Shown here: one piece after another, positions 31,046-42,226 of the stretch
Numbering within the stretch: position 1 is the first letter of the stretch
How the letters are laid out: each line of letters begins with the position of its first letter
Program-made: the position numbers and the translations under genes
NCBI GenBank assembly: GCA_963743795.1
Contig: CAVUQZ010000010.1
Location: forward strand, 308,285-372,284
Origin: an uncultured Chloroflexia bacterium
GTDB lineage: Bacteria; Chloroflexota; Limnocylindria; Limnocylindrales; CSP1-4
Reading direction: 5' to 3'
DNA: 64,000 bases
The notes under the pieces: model-generated
What the model saw: only the letters and a program-made list of their open reading frames with translations
The model's database searches: none
Told to the model about the DNA's origin: nothing

Positions 31046-32728
31046 ATGAGATCGGGAGACGCCGGAGAGGCGACGATTCACCCCGCCGTCGAAGTGAATT
31101 CGAGGGCTCGGTTCGAGATCCTGGGGGCCATCCTGCTGGCCCTCTTCCTGGGAGCGCTCGACCAGACCATCGTCGGCCCGGTCCTGCCAACCATCGCCAA
31201 AGATCTCAACGGGATCGATCTGTACACCTGGGTCGTGACCGCGTATCTGGTCACGAGCACTGCGGCCATTCCCGTGTACGGCAAGCTCTCCGATCTGTAC
31301 GGACGCAAGCCCCTTCTGGTGGTGGGCATCTGCTTCTTCCTGTTCGGCTCGATACTCTCCGGGCTCAGCCAGACGATGTGGCAGCTGATCCTCTTCCGCG
31401 GCGTTCAGGGACTCGGCGCAGGGGCGCTCTTCCCGATCTCGCTGGCCGTGATCGGAGACCTCTTCACGCCGGCCGAGCGCGGCAAGTACCAGGGCCTGTT
31501 CGGCGCCGTATTCGGCATCGCTTTCCTGGTCGGACCCGCCATCGGCGGTCTCCTGACCGAGCACCTGTCCTGGCACTGGATCTTCTTCGTCAACGTGCCG
31601 ATCGGGCTCGTCTCCCTGTACCTGATCGGACGGCTCCTGCCCACCGTGCGAACCGCCGGCGCGCGCTTCACCCTCGACATTCCCGGCGTCATCCTGCTGA
31701 CCGCGGCCATCGTGCCGACCCTGATAGCGCTGACGCTGGCGGAAACCAGCAGTTGGGTGGACCCGGCCGTCCTCGGCTGGTTCGCGGTGGGCCTGATCTC
31801 GCTCGCGGCCTTCCTCTTCACCGAGACCAGGGCCGAGGATCCGGTTATCCCGCTCGACCTCTTCAAGAACCGGACCTTCGCGGTGTCGGCGGTGGCGACG
31901 CTATTCGCCATCTTCGGCTTCTCGACCCTGATCATCTTCCTGCCGCTGTGGTTCCAGGTCGTCCAGGGCGATAGCCCCACGGCCTCCGGCTATGCCCTGT
32001 TCCCGTTCCTGGCCGGGCTCATCTTCAGCTCGATCCTGGCCGGCCAGATCGTCAGCCGAACCGGCCGCTACAAGATCCTGGTCGCCGGCGCTATGGCAGT
32101 CCTGACGGTCGGGCTGGCGTTCTTCACGAACCTCCGGGACGACACGTCCACACCCGCCCTGTGGGCGTGGATGCTCATCGCCGGTCTGGGCGTCGGGCCC
32201 ACGATGGCCATCTTCACGCTCATCGTTCAGAACGACGTCCCCTTCGCGAGGCTCGGCACGGCCACGAGCGACCTGACCCTTATTCGCCAGATCGGAACCT
32301 CGCTCGGGCTGACGGTCGCCTTCACATTCTTCCGCAATAACCTGACCTGGCCGCTGATCCACGACTCGGTGGTAACGGCCGGGGCGCCATTGCAGGCCGT
32401 CCCGCCGACGGCCCCGAAGGGCTTCGACGTAGGCAGCCTGACCGCCGTGGGAAGCACACCGGCCGACGCGCTCGCGAACATACCGAAGGAACTCGTCGGG
32501 TTCTATGCCACGGGCTTCCACCAGGCCTTCTCGATTGCCCTGGCTAACTCGATGTGGGTCGGCGTGGGCGCGGCCGCCCTGGCCTTCCTGACCACTCTGG
32601 CTCTGAAGGAGAAGCCGCTGCGTGCCCACTTCCACGCCGAGCAGGCGGCCAGAGCCGGTCTCGCGCATTCGCCGGTCAGGCCGCCGTCGCCGGAGGCCGC
32701 CCGAGTAACGACCGAGGCCGCCGAGTAA
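31046..32728 (+). CDS. MFS transporter, DHA2 family (14 TM)
   Basis: LDQTIVGPVLPTIAKDL, YGKLSDLYGRKPLL, 560 aa. RBS AAGGAGAG upstream. Confidence 0.85.
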   Translation: MRSGDAGEATIHPAVEVNSRARFEILGAILLALFLGALDQTIVGPVLPTIAKDLNGIDLYTWVVTAYLVTSTAAIPVYGKLSDLYGRKPLLVVGICFFLFGSILSGLSQTMWQLILFRGVQGLGAGALFPISLAVIGDLFTPAERGKYQGLFGAVFGIAFLVGPAIGGLLTEHLSWHWIFFVNVPIGLVSLYLIGRLLPTVRTAGARFTLDIPGVILLTAAIVPTLIALTLAETSSWVDPAVLGWFAVGLISLAAFLFTETRAEDPVIPLDLFKNRTFAVSAVATLFAIFGFSTLIIFLPLWFQVVQGDSPTASGYALFPFLAGLIFSSILAGQIVSRTGRYKILVAGAMAVLTVGLAFFTNLRDDTSTPALWAWMLIAGLGVGPTMAIFTLIVQNDVPFARLGTATSDLTLIRQIGTSLGLTVAFTFFRNNLTWPLIHDSVVTAGAPLQAVPPTAPKGFDVGSLTAVGSTPADALANIPKELVGFYATGFHQAFSIALANSMWVGVGAAALAFLTTLALKEKPLRAHFHAEQAARAGLAHSPVRPPSPEAARVTTEAAE

Positions 32729-32791
32729 CGACGGACGGGGCGGCAGGTCACCTGCGACAGGCCACCCGCCGGCCACCCTCCGGCCTGGCCG

Positions 32792-32965
32792 TCAGCTCTT
32801 GGGCCAGCGTTCCTCGAATACGCTGCTCCCCGACCAGCGCGCCACGTCGACGATCGAATCCAGCTCCGAAGCCGCGACCGCTTCATCGAGAAACTCGCGG
32901 AACTGGCGGACGCGGAGCAGGGGCCTCACTCGCTCCAGTGCCAAGCCCGACTGGTCGCTCATTTC
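32792..32965 (-). CDS. Candidate small ORF (57 aa) of unknown function
   Basis: MSDQSGLALERVRPLLRVRQFREFLDEAVAASELDSIVDVARWSGSSVFEERWPKS. High GC3 throughout; GAGGG 7 nt upstream. Too short for the supplied ORF track; no family recognized. Confidence 0.25.
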   Translation of the reverse strand, partial: EMSDQSGLALERVRPLLRVRQFREFLDEAVAASELDSIVDVARWSGSSVFEERWPKS

Positions 32966-33165
32966 CTGCCCTCAACGGTCCGAACAGAGACTTCCAAAGC
33001 TGAGGGATCCTCCGCCGCGACGCCCATGCCGGGCTCGCAACGGCCACGATAGGCGACCGGTGCCAACCGAGCATCGCGCCCGACTTTCCGGCTCGCGGGG
33101 AGTGGACCAGCCGCTCCGGAGAGCACAGAGTTGGGCGGAGTATCCCTGTGCCGTAGACTCGAGGC

Positions 33166-34195
33166 GTGACGACGAGGATCGATCTGACGGTCCGTCGATC
33201 GAGGGCGAGCCTGGCGGTCGGCTCACTGTGCGCTGTCCTTGCGCTATCCGCCTGCGGCAGCGGTCAGGCGACGCCCATTTCCGCGGCGGCGTCCAGCTCG
33301 CCTTCCTCGAGCATCGCGGCTTCGCCGGTCCTCGCCTCCAGCCCCACGGTCGGGCCGTCCGGTCCCTCGGCCACCCCGGCGCCTACTCCGTCCCCCACAC
33401 CGTTGGTGCCGGACTTCCGTCACGTCTATGTGATCGTCATGGAGAACAAGGAGTACTCGAGCATCGTCGGCTCGAGCGCGGCCCCGTACCTCAACTCACT
33501 CATTGCCCGATACGGCCTGGCCACCAACTTCTACGGAGAGACTCACCCGTCGGAGCCCAACTACATTGCCCTCACCTCGGGAGGTCTCCAGGGCACCAAC
33601 AGTGACGGCACCTATCACCTGGCCGCCCCGAACCTCTTCGATCAGATCGAGGCGTCGGGCCGAACGTGGCACGTATACGCCCAGGGTTATCCCGGGCAAC
33701 TGCTACGCCGGCTCGATCTGGAGCGCCGGGGTGGACGGCCCCGGTGCGGCCGGCGAGTACGTGCGAAAACACAACCCGGCGATCACCTACACCGCCATCA
33801 GCGGTAGTCCGACCCGCTGCGCCAACATCACAGGGCTTGCCGGATTCGATCCCGCGGCCGCCGACTTCGAGTTCATCGTTCCCAACCAGATCAACGACAT
33901 GCACAGCAGCTCCACCGCCGCGGGGGACGCCTTCCTCAAGGTATTCGTGCCCAAGATCACCGGCAGCTCGGCGTTCGCGGGCTCGGTCCTGTTCATCACC
34001 TGGGACGAGGGGTTCAGCTCCGTCCACGGAGGCGGCCACATCGCCACGATCGTCGCCACTCCGGGAATGCCGCCAGGATCCCGCGACGATGCGCTGAGCA
34101 ACCACTACTCGATGCTCCGCACGATCGAGCTGGCCTGGGGTCTGCCGTTCCTCGGCCAGGCGCAGTCGGCCACGACGATGGCCTTTCCCTGGTAG
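33166..34195 (+). CDS. Phosphoesterase family (acid phosphatase / phospholipase C-like, PF04185-type) secreted lipoprotein; frameshift near nt 33690
   Basis: Lipoprotein signal ([10 protein letters not shown]). [17 protein letters not shown]...[16 protein letters not shown] in ORF 33166..33807. Continuation ...[13 protein letters not shown]...[11 protein letters not shown]...[22 protein letters not shown] in ORF 33503..34195. Confidence 0.7.
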
Positions 34196-34348
34196 CTCGG
34201 GGCCGTAGGCGAAGCCGTCGAATCCCCGTTCGGGCCCGACCGAGCGTCAGCCGGTCGGCCCGCGTGTCGCACCGGCCGATCACTGGCCTCTCGTCGCGGC
34301 GGCCGGCCGCTACGATCGGCGCCACATGCGATCTATCCGGAGGACGGG

Positions 34349-34768
34349 ATGAGCACCGACAAGGTCGACGGCGACGGCACACGCGAGCGACCGTGGAAAT
34401 TGAAGACACCAAGCGGTACGTCCGAGTACGAGATGTACCGCGACGAGAGCCTCGATCCGCCTGCCCTCGTCTGCACCGTCGGAACGACCGTGCTGCGATA
34501 CCAGCTTCGGTGCCTGGACGATCTGCACGCCATGCTCAAGGAACGGGGCGACTGGGTCCCGCTCGGCAGCGCGGACGAGCAGAAGCCCGCGGTGGAGGGG
34601 ACGGTGGAAGCGTGGGGCCGCTCACCGTCGAATCCGGTCGGCGGTTGGTACGGCCTGAAGAAGGGCCTGCGCGGCCGGTTCGGCATGTACGTGCCGCCGC
34701 TCATGGAGGCCCTTGGGCTGGCCGAGGTCGAGCACAACCCGAAGAACAACAGGATGCGGGCGCTCTAG
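34349..34768 (+). CDS. Conserved hypothetical protein (139 aa)
   Basis: [33 protein letters not shown]...; coding-like GC3; no confident family assignment. Confidence 0.5.
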   Translation: MSTDKVDGDGTRERPWKLKTPSGTSEYEMYRDESLDPPALVCTVGTTVLRYQLRCLDDLHAMLKERGDWVPLGSADEQKPAVEGTVEAWGRSPSNPVGGWYGLKKGLRGRFGMYVPPLMEALGLAEVEHNPKNNRMRAL

Positions 34769-34818
34769 CCGAGGTCTACACCCGGCCGGTCTGGTCACCC
34801 GGCCACGACCACGTCATC

Positions 34819-36500
34819 ATGCGGCAGGGTCCCCAGGAGGAGACAGGCGTGGCAGTGAGCGACCGGGCGGGCAAACCGGCGGAGCCGTCGATTCTGGTCG
34901 ACGTCGACCGGCTGATCGCCGCCTACTACGACATCCACCCGGACCCGAGCGTACCGGCCCAGGCGGTTGCCTTCGGCACGTCGGGCCACCGCGGCTCCTC
35001 GCTCGATGGCTCCTTCAACGAGGATCACATCCTGGCCACGAGCGAGGCGATCTGCCGATACCGGCGCGCCGGCGGTACGACCGGGCCCCTCTTCATCGGC
35101 CGCGACAGCCACGCCCTCTCAGAGCCGGCCACGCGCTCCGCTATAGAGGTCCTGGTCGCAAACGGCGTGGCGGTACTGGTCGACAGCGCCGATGGCTTGA
35201 CGCCGACGCCGTCGGTATCCCACGCAATCCTGACGTACAACCGCGGCCGAGTCGACGGCCTCGCCGACGGCATAGTCGTCACCCCATCGCACAATCCGCC
35301 CGAGGACGGGGGCTTCAAGTACAACCCGCCGGACGGCGGCCCGGCCAACACCGACGTGACCGGAGGCGATCCAGCGCGAGGCGAACAGGCTGCTGGCCGC
35401 CCGGCTGGCAGGCGTTCACCGGGTGCCGTACGAGCGGGCCCTCGGGCGGGTTGGGCGCTACGACTTCACAGGAGTCTATGTAGCCGACCTGGCCCGAGTC
35501 ATCGACATGGAGGCCATTCGAACCTCCGGCCTCAAGCTGGGCGTGGATCCCCTTGGCGGCGCGAGCGTGGGCTACTGGGCTGCCATCCGCGACCGCTATC
35601 GCCTCGACCTGACCGTTACCAACGAGGTGGTCGATCCGCAGATTCGCGTTCATGACCGTCGACTGGGACGGCCGGATCCGTATGGATCCCTCGTCGCCGT
35701 ACGCGATGGCCCGGTTGGTGGCCCTGAAGGACCGCTTCGATGTGGCGTTTGCCAACGACACCGACGCCGACCGCCACGGCATCGTGACCGGCTCTGCCGG
35801 GCTGATGAACCCGAACCACTTCCTCTCGGCCGCCGTCGCCTACCTGTATCGGAACCGAGACTGGCGTCCCGAGGTCGCCGTCGGCAAGACTCTCGTCTCG
35901 ACGAGCATGCTCGACCGCGTCGCCGCCGAGCTGGACCGCCGGCTCATCGAGGTGCCGGTCGGCTTCAAGTGGTTCGTCGCCGGATTGGTCGAGGGCTCCC
36001 TCGGCTTCGGAGGAGAGGAGAGCGCCGGCGCCTCGTTCCTGCGCCGCGACGGCACCGTCTGGACGACCGACAAGGACGGCCTGATCGCCTGCCTGCTCGC
36101 GGCCGAGCTGACCGCTCGAAGCGGACACGACCCGGCGGTCGCATACGGCGACCTGACGGCACGGTTCGGAGCGCCGGCATACCGCCGCGTCGACGCCCCC
36201 GCCACGCCCGGGCAGAAGGCGGTTCTGGCGAAACTCTCGCCGAACCAGATCGGGGCATCGGAGCTGGCCGGCGAGCCCGTCTTGGCCGTGCTCACGCGAG
36301 CACCCGGAAACGACGCCCCGATCGGGGGCGTCAAGGTCGTGACCGAACACGGCTGGTTCGCCGCTCGACCGTCCGGGACGGAGGACGTCTACAAGGTCTA
36401 CGCCGAGAGCTTTCTGGGCGAGGAGCATCTCGACCGTCTCCTGGGCGAGGCTCAGGCTGTCGTGACCCGCGCGCTGGCGTCCGCCGGCGCCTCCGACTAG
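34819..36500 (+). CDS. pgm: Phosphoglucomutase, alpha-D-glucose phosphate-specific (Pgm); two frame disruptions (~35380, ~35650)
   Basis: FGTSGHRG active-site Ser loop, [42 protein letters not shown]. Pieces lie in ORFs 34264.., 35423.. and 35652..36500. Confidence 0.8.
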
Positions 36501-36789
36501 CGCAGGCGCCCGTTCGGACCACTCCGTGGAGCGTCCTGGCCCGTTGCATTGCGACACCGGCGCGGTATTCTGATCTTCACCTGCCGGCTGTGCCGCCACG
36601 CACGAGAGGTGACGGCAGGCAACAACCGCATCCGACCGTCGACCTAGTCCCGAATTGTCGAAAGTACTGACCGGGTGGGCCGGAAGGCTGTACTTGACGG
36701 CCAGACTGGCTCGTCTAACGTGTACCCCGCACACGGCCGTAATCTTGAGTGCCAGCGTGGATCAGCCCGATCGTCAGCAGAATTCCGTG

Positions 36790-37272
36790 ACCGCCAGAGG
36801 CCCAAGCCAGGCGGTGGCCTCGCTCAATCGCGAGTTCCTCGCCGTCCTCGTGTCCGACGAGGCGGCCGGAATCGGCCGCGCCGTGGCCCAGATAGTGCGC
36901 GGCGACGGATGGCACGAGGCGAATGCTTCGGCCGTGCTGGTTGGGGCGCTCGTGAACTGGCTGGGCCCGGACGCCGTCACGCCGACCGGCTTCTATGCCA
37001 ATGGCACCGGCCCGGTGGAGGCGGTCGCGCGGGTCGGCCAGTACTACATCACGGGGCACGGCATCGAGAACCCGGACGATCTCACCGTCAACTGCTGCCA
37101 GCGCCACCGCGCCAGGTTCAGCCAGTCGCGGCTCGAGGATCTCGACCTCACGGTCCCCAACTCTCGCTTCGTTATGGGCAGCCAGCTGGCTCAGCGGGCC
37201 GCCGAGCGGCTCGGCGTCCTGTTGTCCGAAGAGATCGATCCGGAGATCGCCCGGGTGGTTCTGGGCGTCTGA
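36790..37272 (+). CDS. Hypothetical protein (start uncertain)
   Basis: High GC3 from about nt 36790 (possible GTG) to the stop at 37272. The 5' part of ORF 36655..37272 has non-coding-like codon usage. No family recognized. Confidence 0.4.
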   Translation, partial: TARGPSQAVASLNREFLAVLVSDEAAGIGRAVAQIVRGDGWHEANASAVLVGALVNWLGPDAVTPTGFYANGTGPVEAVARVGQYYITGHGIENPDDLTVNCCQRHRARFSQSRLEDLDLTVPNSRFVMGSQLAQRAAERLGVLLSEEIDPEIARVVLGV

Positions 37273-37405
37273 ACGATCCCGCGACCGCTCTGGAAGCCGG
37301 CGCCAGGCGCGCCGGCTTTCGTGTATCCAGACCGCAGTCGGCGGCCCAGGGGAGTGTGCGCGGCGCGCGGGTTCCGCGGACCGGCCCCGTTGCGAGCCTG
37401 GGGGT

Positions 37406-38107
37406 TCAGCTCCGGAGTCGCGACTCGAGCTCGTGTGTGTGCTCCGACTCGTGCTCGAGGAGGCGGCGCAACATCCGGCGGGCAGTCCACCGCGGCTTCC
37501 CGCCGCGCTCGACGACTCGGGTCAGATCGTCCGGCGTCATGGCCCTCAAGCGGGCCATCAGGGCCGTCCGCTCGGCGGCCAGCGCATCCCACGGCCGGTC
37601 GCCTGCGCCCTCGATCGCGGCGATCGCCGCACTGCCGCCGCTCAGCGTACCGAGGGTAGCGCTGGCGTAGGCCCATTCCGCCCCCGCGACGTGCGAGAGG
37701 ATGGCAGCAGCCGATCTCCCGCCTGCGGCCGGCTTGACGGTGAGTGGCTCCGACTGTGCCTTTGCCGCGGCCACCAGCTCCTCGCGCGACCACTCGGCCC
37801 AGCGCAGCTGGCGGCGGGCCTCCTCATCGGTCAGTGGCTCCCGATCGGGCGGGAAGAACTGCTGACCGAAGCCCAGAAACTGGCGCTCGATGACGTGCTC
37901 CGCGACGACGACCTCGACCGGTCCCGCCCCGGCCGGCGTCTCACCGTGACGACGCAGGAAGTCGAGCCGGGCCTCGATGGCCGATCGCGAGATCTCGATC
38001 GCCGCATCGGTGGTAGGGCCCACGGCGACACAGCCCGGCAGGCCTGGGACGAAAACCCACGTCTTGCGGTGCTGCGGCCCGGACTCGAGGAACAGCTCGA
38101 AACGCAT
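37406..38107 (-). CDS. HicB-like (UPF0150) antitoxin-fold domain fused to a DinB_2/DUF664-type metal-binding domain
   Basis: N-terminus MRFELFLESGPQHRKTWVFVPGLPGCVAVGPTTDAAIEISRSAIEARLDFLRRHGE is the HicB fold. The C-terminal part (LSHVAGAEWAY...TPDDL...RMLRRLLEHESEHTHEL) is DinB-like. No HicA-like ORF is adjacent. Confidence 0.65.
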   Translation of the reverse strand: MRFELFLESGPQHRKTWVFVPGLPGCVAVGPTTDAAIEISRSAIEARLDFLRRHGETPAGAGPVEVVVAEHVIERQFLGFGQQFFPPDREPLTDEEARRQLRWAEWSREELVAAAKAQSEPLTVKPAAGGRSAAAILSHVAGAEWAYASATLGTLSGGSAAIAAIEGAGDRPWDALAAERTALMARLRAMTPDDLTRVVERGGKPRWTARRMLRRLLEHESEHTHELESRLRS

Positions 38108-38162
38108 CCGAACGTCCTCCTGCACGCAAGTTGCGCTCTGCCTCGCCGAGAGCCACTTACTC

Positions 38163-39281
38163 CTAGATGCCCAGCGCCTTCTCGGGCGGCACGAACTCGA
38201 GCCCGTGCGCCTCGGCCACGGCCCGATGGGTTACGTGGCCGCCGCAGACGTTCAGGCCGTCCAGCAGGTGGCAGTCATCGGCCATGGCCTTCCGCACGCC
38301 CTTGTCCGCCAGGGCGAGGGTGAAGGGCAGCGTGGCGTTGGCCAGGGCGAACGTCGACGTTCGGGCGACGGCGCCGGGCATGTTCGTGACGCAGTAGTGA
38401 ACGACGCCGTCCACCACGTACGTCGGGTTGGAGTGGGTGGTGGGGCGGGACGTCTCGAAGCAGCCGCCCTGGTCGATCGACACGTCGACGACCACGGTCC
38501 CCCGGCGCATGCCGCGAATCATCTCCCGGGTCACGAGTCGAGGGGCCGTGCCGCCAGGGGTGAGCACGGCGCCGATGACCAGGTCCGCGGCCAGGACGCT
38601 CTCCTCGACGGCGTCGATCGTCGCGTAGCGTGTCTTGAGTGCAGGGGCGAAGGCCAGGTCGAGCTCTTTGAGGCGCGGCAGCGACTTGTCCAGGACGGTG
38701 ACGTCGGCCTCGAGCCCGAGCGCCATCCGGAGGGCATTCATGCCGACGACGCCGCCGCCCAGCACGACGACCTTGGCTGGCGGAACCCCGGGGACGCCGC
38801 CGAGCAGGATGCCCCGTCCGCCCGCCTCGCGCTCGAGGGCATGGGCGCCGGCCTGGATGGACATTCGTCCGGCCACTTCGCTCATCGGCGCGAGCAGCGG
38901 CAGGCCGCCCCGCTCGTCGGTGACGGTCTCGTAGGCGACGGCGATGCTGCCGGACTTCAGGATTCCCTGCGTCTGGGCAGCGTCCGGGGCGAGATGAAGG
39001 TAGGTGAACAGAATCTGGCCCTCGCGCAGCATGCCGATCTCGGACGGCTGCGGCTCCTTGACCTTGACCACCAGGTCGGCCCGGCCGAAGACCGCCGCGG
39101 CGTCCGCGACGATCTCGGCGCCGACTGCCCGGTAGCGCTCGTCGTCCAGATCGATCGCCTCTCCGGCGCCGGTCTCGACGACTACTTTGTGACCGTGTTC
39201 CACGAGCTCGCGAACGGCACTCGGAGTCAGACCGACGCGGAACTCGTTGTCCTTGATCTCACGGGGTACACCGACGAGCAT
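38163..39281 (-). CDS. ald: Alanine dehydrogenase
   Basis: [23 protein letters not shown]-binding [13 protein letters not shown], 372 aa intact. Confidence 0.9.
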   Translation of the reverse strand: MLVGVPREIKDNEFRVGLTPSAVRELVEHGHKVVVETGAGEAIDLDDERYRAVGAEIVADAAAVFGRADLVVKVKEPQPSEIGMLREGQILFTYLHLAPDAAQTQGILKSGSIAVAYETVTDERGGLPLLAPMSEVAGRMSIQAGAHALEREAGGRGILLGGVPGVPPAKVVVLGGGVVGMNALRMALGLEADVTVLDKSLPRLKELDLAFAPALKTRYATIDAVEESVLAADLVIGAVLTPGGTAPRLVTREMIRGMRRGTVVVDVSIDQGGCFETSRPTTHSNPTYVVDGVVHYCVTNMPGAVARTSTFALANATLPFTLALADKGVRKAMADDCHLLDGLNVCGGHVTHRAVAEAHGLEFVPPEKALGI

Positions 39282-39630
39282 CTCGACCTCTCAGGGCGAT
39301 CCTGCTATGCAGCTTGTGGCTCCCGGCTGGCGGCGACGCGCACGCCAGCAGCGCATGGGCTCCGCACGGGCGACCGACTGACGGCTCAGTGCATCCGTCG
39401 GAGTCGATCGACCGCTGCCCACCTGGGGGCCGTTTCGGCCATTCTCTCACGGACGCCGATCCCGCCCGACGGGCTGGATGGCCCGAAGCTCGTCGGGCCA
39501 GGCCGGCCTGCGAATGCGGCCCGGAAATGCGCAGACGACGCGACTGGCCCAAAGCCGCGCCGTCTGCACGTAGAGATCGTTGAGGTCCGGGAGCGCATGG
39601 CTCTTGCGCCCCGGCCAGGGCAACCTGTGG

Positions 39631-40191
39631 CTAGCGCCGCATGGTGGCGTTGACGCGCCGCAGATGCGATCGGTTGACCAGGATCGCGTCGCGCGGGGTG
39701 TCTCGGAGGATCGTCGCACCGACTTGCACGGTCGGGCTGAAGACGGGCAGGAAGAGCTCGGTACCGCGCTCGGTCAGCGCCAGCGGGTCCTGCGAGGGGA
39801 ACAACAGCAGGATGCCGGATACCTTGAACGGTGTGGCTTCGAGAGTAACGTCGTAGGCGACTCGGAACTTGCTCCAAGCGTCGCGATCGGCGTCACTGAC
39901 GACCGGCTCGCCATCCTCGGCAGGCATCGCAATCGTGACGTCGTACGGGTCGACGCTCTTGAGGCTGTTGGTGGGCTCCAGCGGCTCCGAAAGGTCGTTT
40001 GGACCCCGCTGCGCGTTGTTCACGACGATCGAGGCTCGCTTCTCGAGGGCATCGGCAAGCTTGAGGCCGCCCTGGGCGAGCATCGCGTCGATGCGACCGT
40101 CTTCAGTCAGAGCCACGAAATGGCCGGGCCGCTTTCTGGTGACGACTATCCCAGTCGTCCCTCGGACCGGATCGAAAGTGCCAACGGCCAT
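39631..40191 (-). CDS. Hypothetical protein
   Basis: ORF with coding-like composition (MAVGTFDPVRGTTGIVVTRKRPGHFVALTEDGRIDAM...); no family recognized. Confidence 0.45.
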   Translation of the reverse strand: MAVGTFDPVRGTTGIVVTRKRPGHFVALTEDGRIDAMLAQGGLKLADALEKRASIVVNNAQRGPNDLSEPLEPTNSLKSVDPYDVTIAMPAEDGEPVVSDADRDAWSKFRVAYDVTLEATPFKVSGILLLFPSQDPLALTERGTELFLPVFSPTVQVGATILRDTPRDAILVNRSHLRRVNATMRR

Positions 40192-40403
40192 CGCAACTCT
40201 CCTTAGCGCCAGCCGGTCGCATTCCAGACTGGCAAGCCGAGCCATCAGTTCGAATTTGGGCCAACCAGAACCGCGCCAGGGCTGTTCAAGGTTTCGGTGT
40301 CTGCTGACATCAACTTGACCGACGCGGGGCTATTCGTGCACCAACCTAAGGTCCTGGTGACGCCATCCAGGTGGTGCGCCGGCGCAACGCCTGACCGGCC
40401 GCC

Positions 40404-42157
40404 CTACCCGACCGGGCGGTACTGCAGGTAGTCGGGGAACCACATAGCCGAGTCGACCGCATCGAGGACTTCCTCGTCCCGGTAGAGACGGCCGACTCCG
40501 CAGTCGCGACTCTGGCAGACGACCTTCGCGGCGATCTGTCGAGAGACGCTGCGCAGCTCCGAAACGGCCGGGTACAGGGCACCAGCCGCGAGCCGTTCGG
40601 GCGAGACCATCTCCGCCAGTGTCCGCGCGGCCAGCAGGAACATCTCGTCGGTGATCTCGCGGGCCTCGGCCACGATGGCGCCAAGGCCCACGCCCGGGAA
40701 GATGAAGACGTTGTTGGCCTGGCCTATCAGGTGCGTCCTGCCGTCGACGATCACCGGCTCGAACGGGCTGCCGGTGGCGATCAAGGCTCGGCCGCCGGTC
40801 CAGGCCATGATGTCCGCGGGAACCGCCTCGGCCTTGGCCGTCGGGTTGGAGAGCGGGAAGACGACCGGACGGTCGGCGTGGGCAGCCATCTCGCGGATGG
40901 CCCTCTCGGTGAAAGCTCCGGCGACGCCGCTCGTGCCGACCAGGATGGTGGGCTCGACCGCGGCGACGACCGCCTCGAGGTCCAGCCGATCGGCCGGCCC
41001 CAGGTTGCCGAAGCCGTAGCTCGCCAGCTCGTCCGGCCCGAGCGCGAACTCCAGCTTGTCGTCGTCGACTTCGTCGCGGTTGGCGAAGACAAGACCCTTG
41101 GTGTCCACGGTGACGATCGCCCGCTTGAGAGTCGCGGCGCGCCACGCCGTCGGCGCTCAGGGCGGCGCGAACCATGCGAGCGATGCCGGTGCCGGCTGCG
41201 CCGGCGCCCAGGAAGACGAACCGGTGCTCGCCCAGCGGCCGGCCGAGCGCCCGTACGGCGGCCAGGATCCCCGCCAGCACGACGGCGCCGGTGCCCTGGA
41301 TGTCGTCGTTGAAGCTCGTGATGCGGTGGCGATAGCGATCGAGGATCTTGATGGCGTTGTGCTGCTTGAAGTCCTCCCACTGCAGCACGGCGCGCGGGCA
41401 GACGTCCAGGATGGCGCCGACGAAGGCCTCGAGGAAATCGTCGTACTCGGCGCCGCGCAGCCTCCGCTGGCGATACCCGATGTAGAGCGGATCGGCCAGC
41501 AGATCCTCGTTGTCCGTGCCCACGTCCAGCGACACTGGAAGCGTGTGGGCCGGATATATGCCCGCTCCGGCGGTGTACAGGGCGAGCTTCCCGACGGGAA
41601 TGCCCATGCCGCCCGCGCCCTGGTCCCCGAGGCCGAGAATCCGCTCGTTGTCGGTGGCAACCACCAGGCGGACCTCTTCGGCGGCGGGAGCCGGCGCCGG
41701 TCGTATCCGGACGGGCATTGCGCAGCAGGTCGGGGATGCGCTCGATGTCGGCCGGAGTGATCCACAGGCCGCGAGGCCGGCGCATGATGTGGCTGAAGGT
41801 CTGGCAGGCACGACCGACGGTGGGCGTGTACACGATCGGCAGGAACTCCTCGAGGTTCTCGAGGAGGACTCGATAGAAGAGGGTCTCGTTCCGGTCCTGG
41901 AGCGCGGCCAGGCCGATGTAGCGCTCGAGGTCGTCGCCCTTGCGGCGGATGTGCTCGAGCTCCAGGTGGACCTGCTCGTCGATGGTGGACGTTCTCGGCG
42001 GGAGCAGCCCCCGCAAACCGAAGACGTCCCGTTCGTCTTCGTCGAAGCCCGCGTCCTTGTTCAGAAGGGGGCGCTCGAGCAGCTCGGCGCCTCGAAAATG
42101 GGTATGCACGACACCGATCGGGCGGAGGTCTTTGACCGACCGAGGAAGCTGTCTCAT
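40404..42157 (-). CDS. NAD(P)-dependent malic enzyme (oxaloacetate-decarboxylating); two frame disruptions (~41150, ~41740)
   Basis: N-terminus ([24 protein letters not shown]...[13 protein letters not shown]...[11 protein letters not shown]). Middle part ([32 protein letters not shown]...[19 protein letters not shown]...[12 protein letters not shown]). C-terminus (VVFPLSNPT...[12 protein letters not shown]) spread over three frames. Confidence 0.8.
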
Positions 42158-42226
42158 GTGGGTCAGGATCGGCTTGCCCGAGCCCGGGTGCAACAGCCGT
42201 TCGGCCCCCCTGTGGTACTCCTTCGA

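Noticed and set aside
35616-36734. 372-aa minus-strand ORF
   Set aside because: Antisense to the phosphoglucomutase gene, whose motifs are unambiguous on the plus strand.
37272-38163. Search for a HicA toxin partner next to the HicB-like domain
   Set aside because: No 60-80-aa YcfA/HicA-like ORF in any frame on either side. The neighbours are alanine dehydrogenase and a hypothetical gene.
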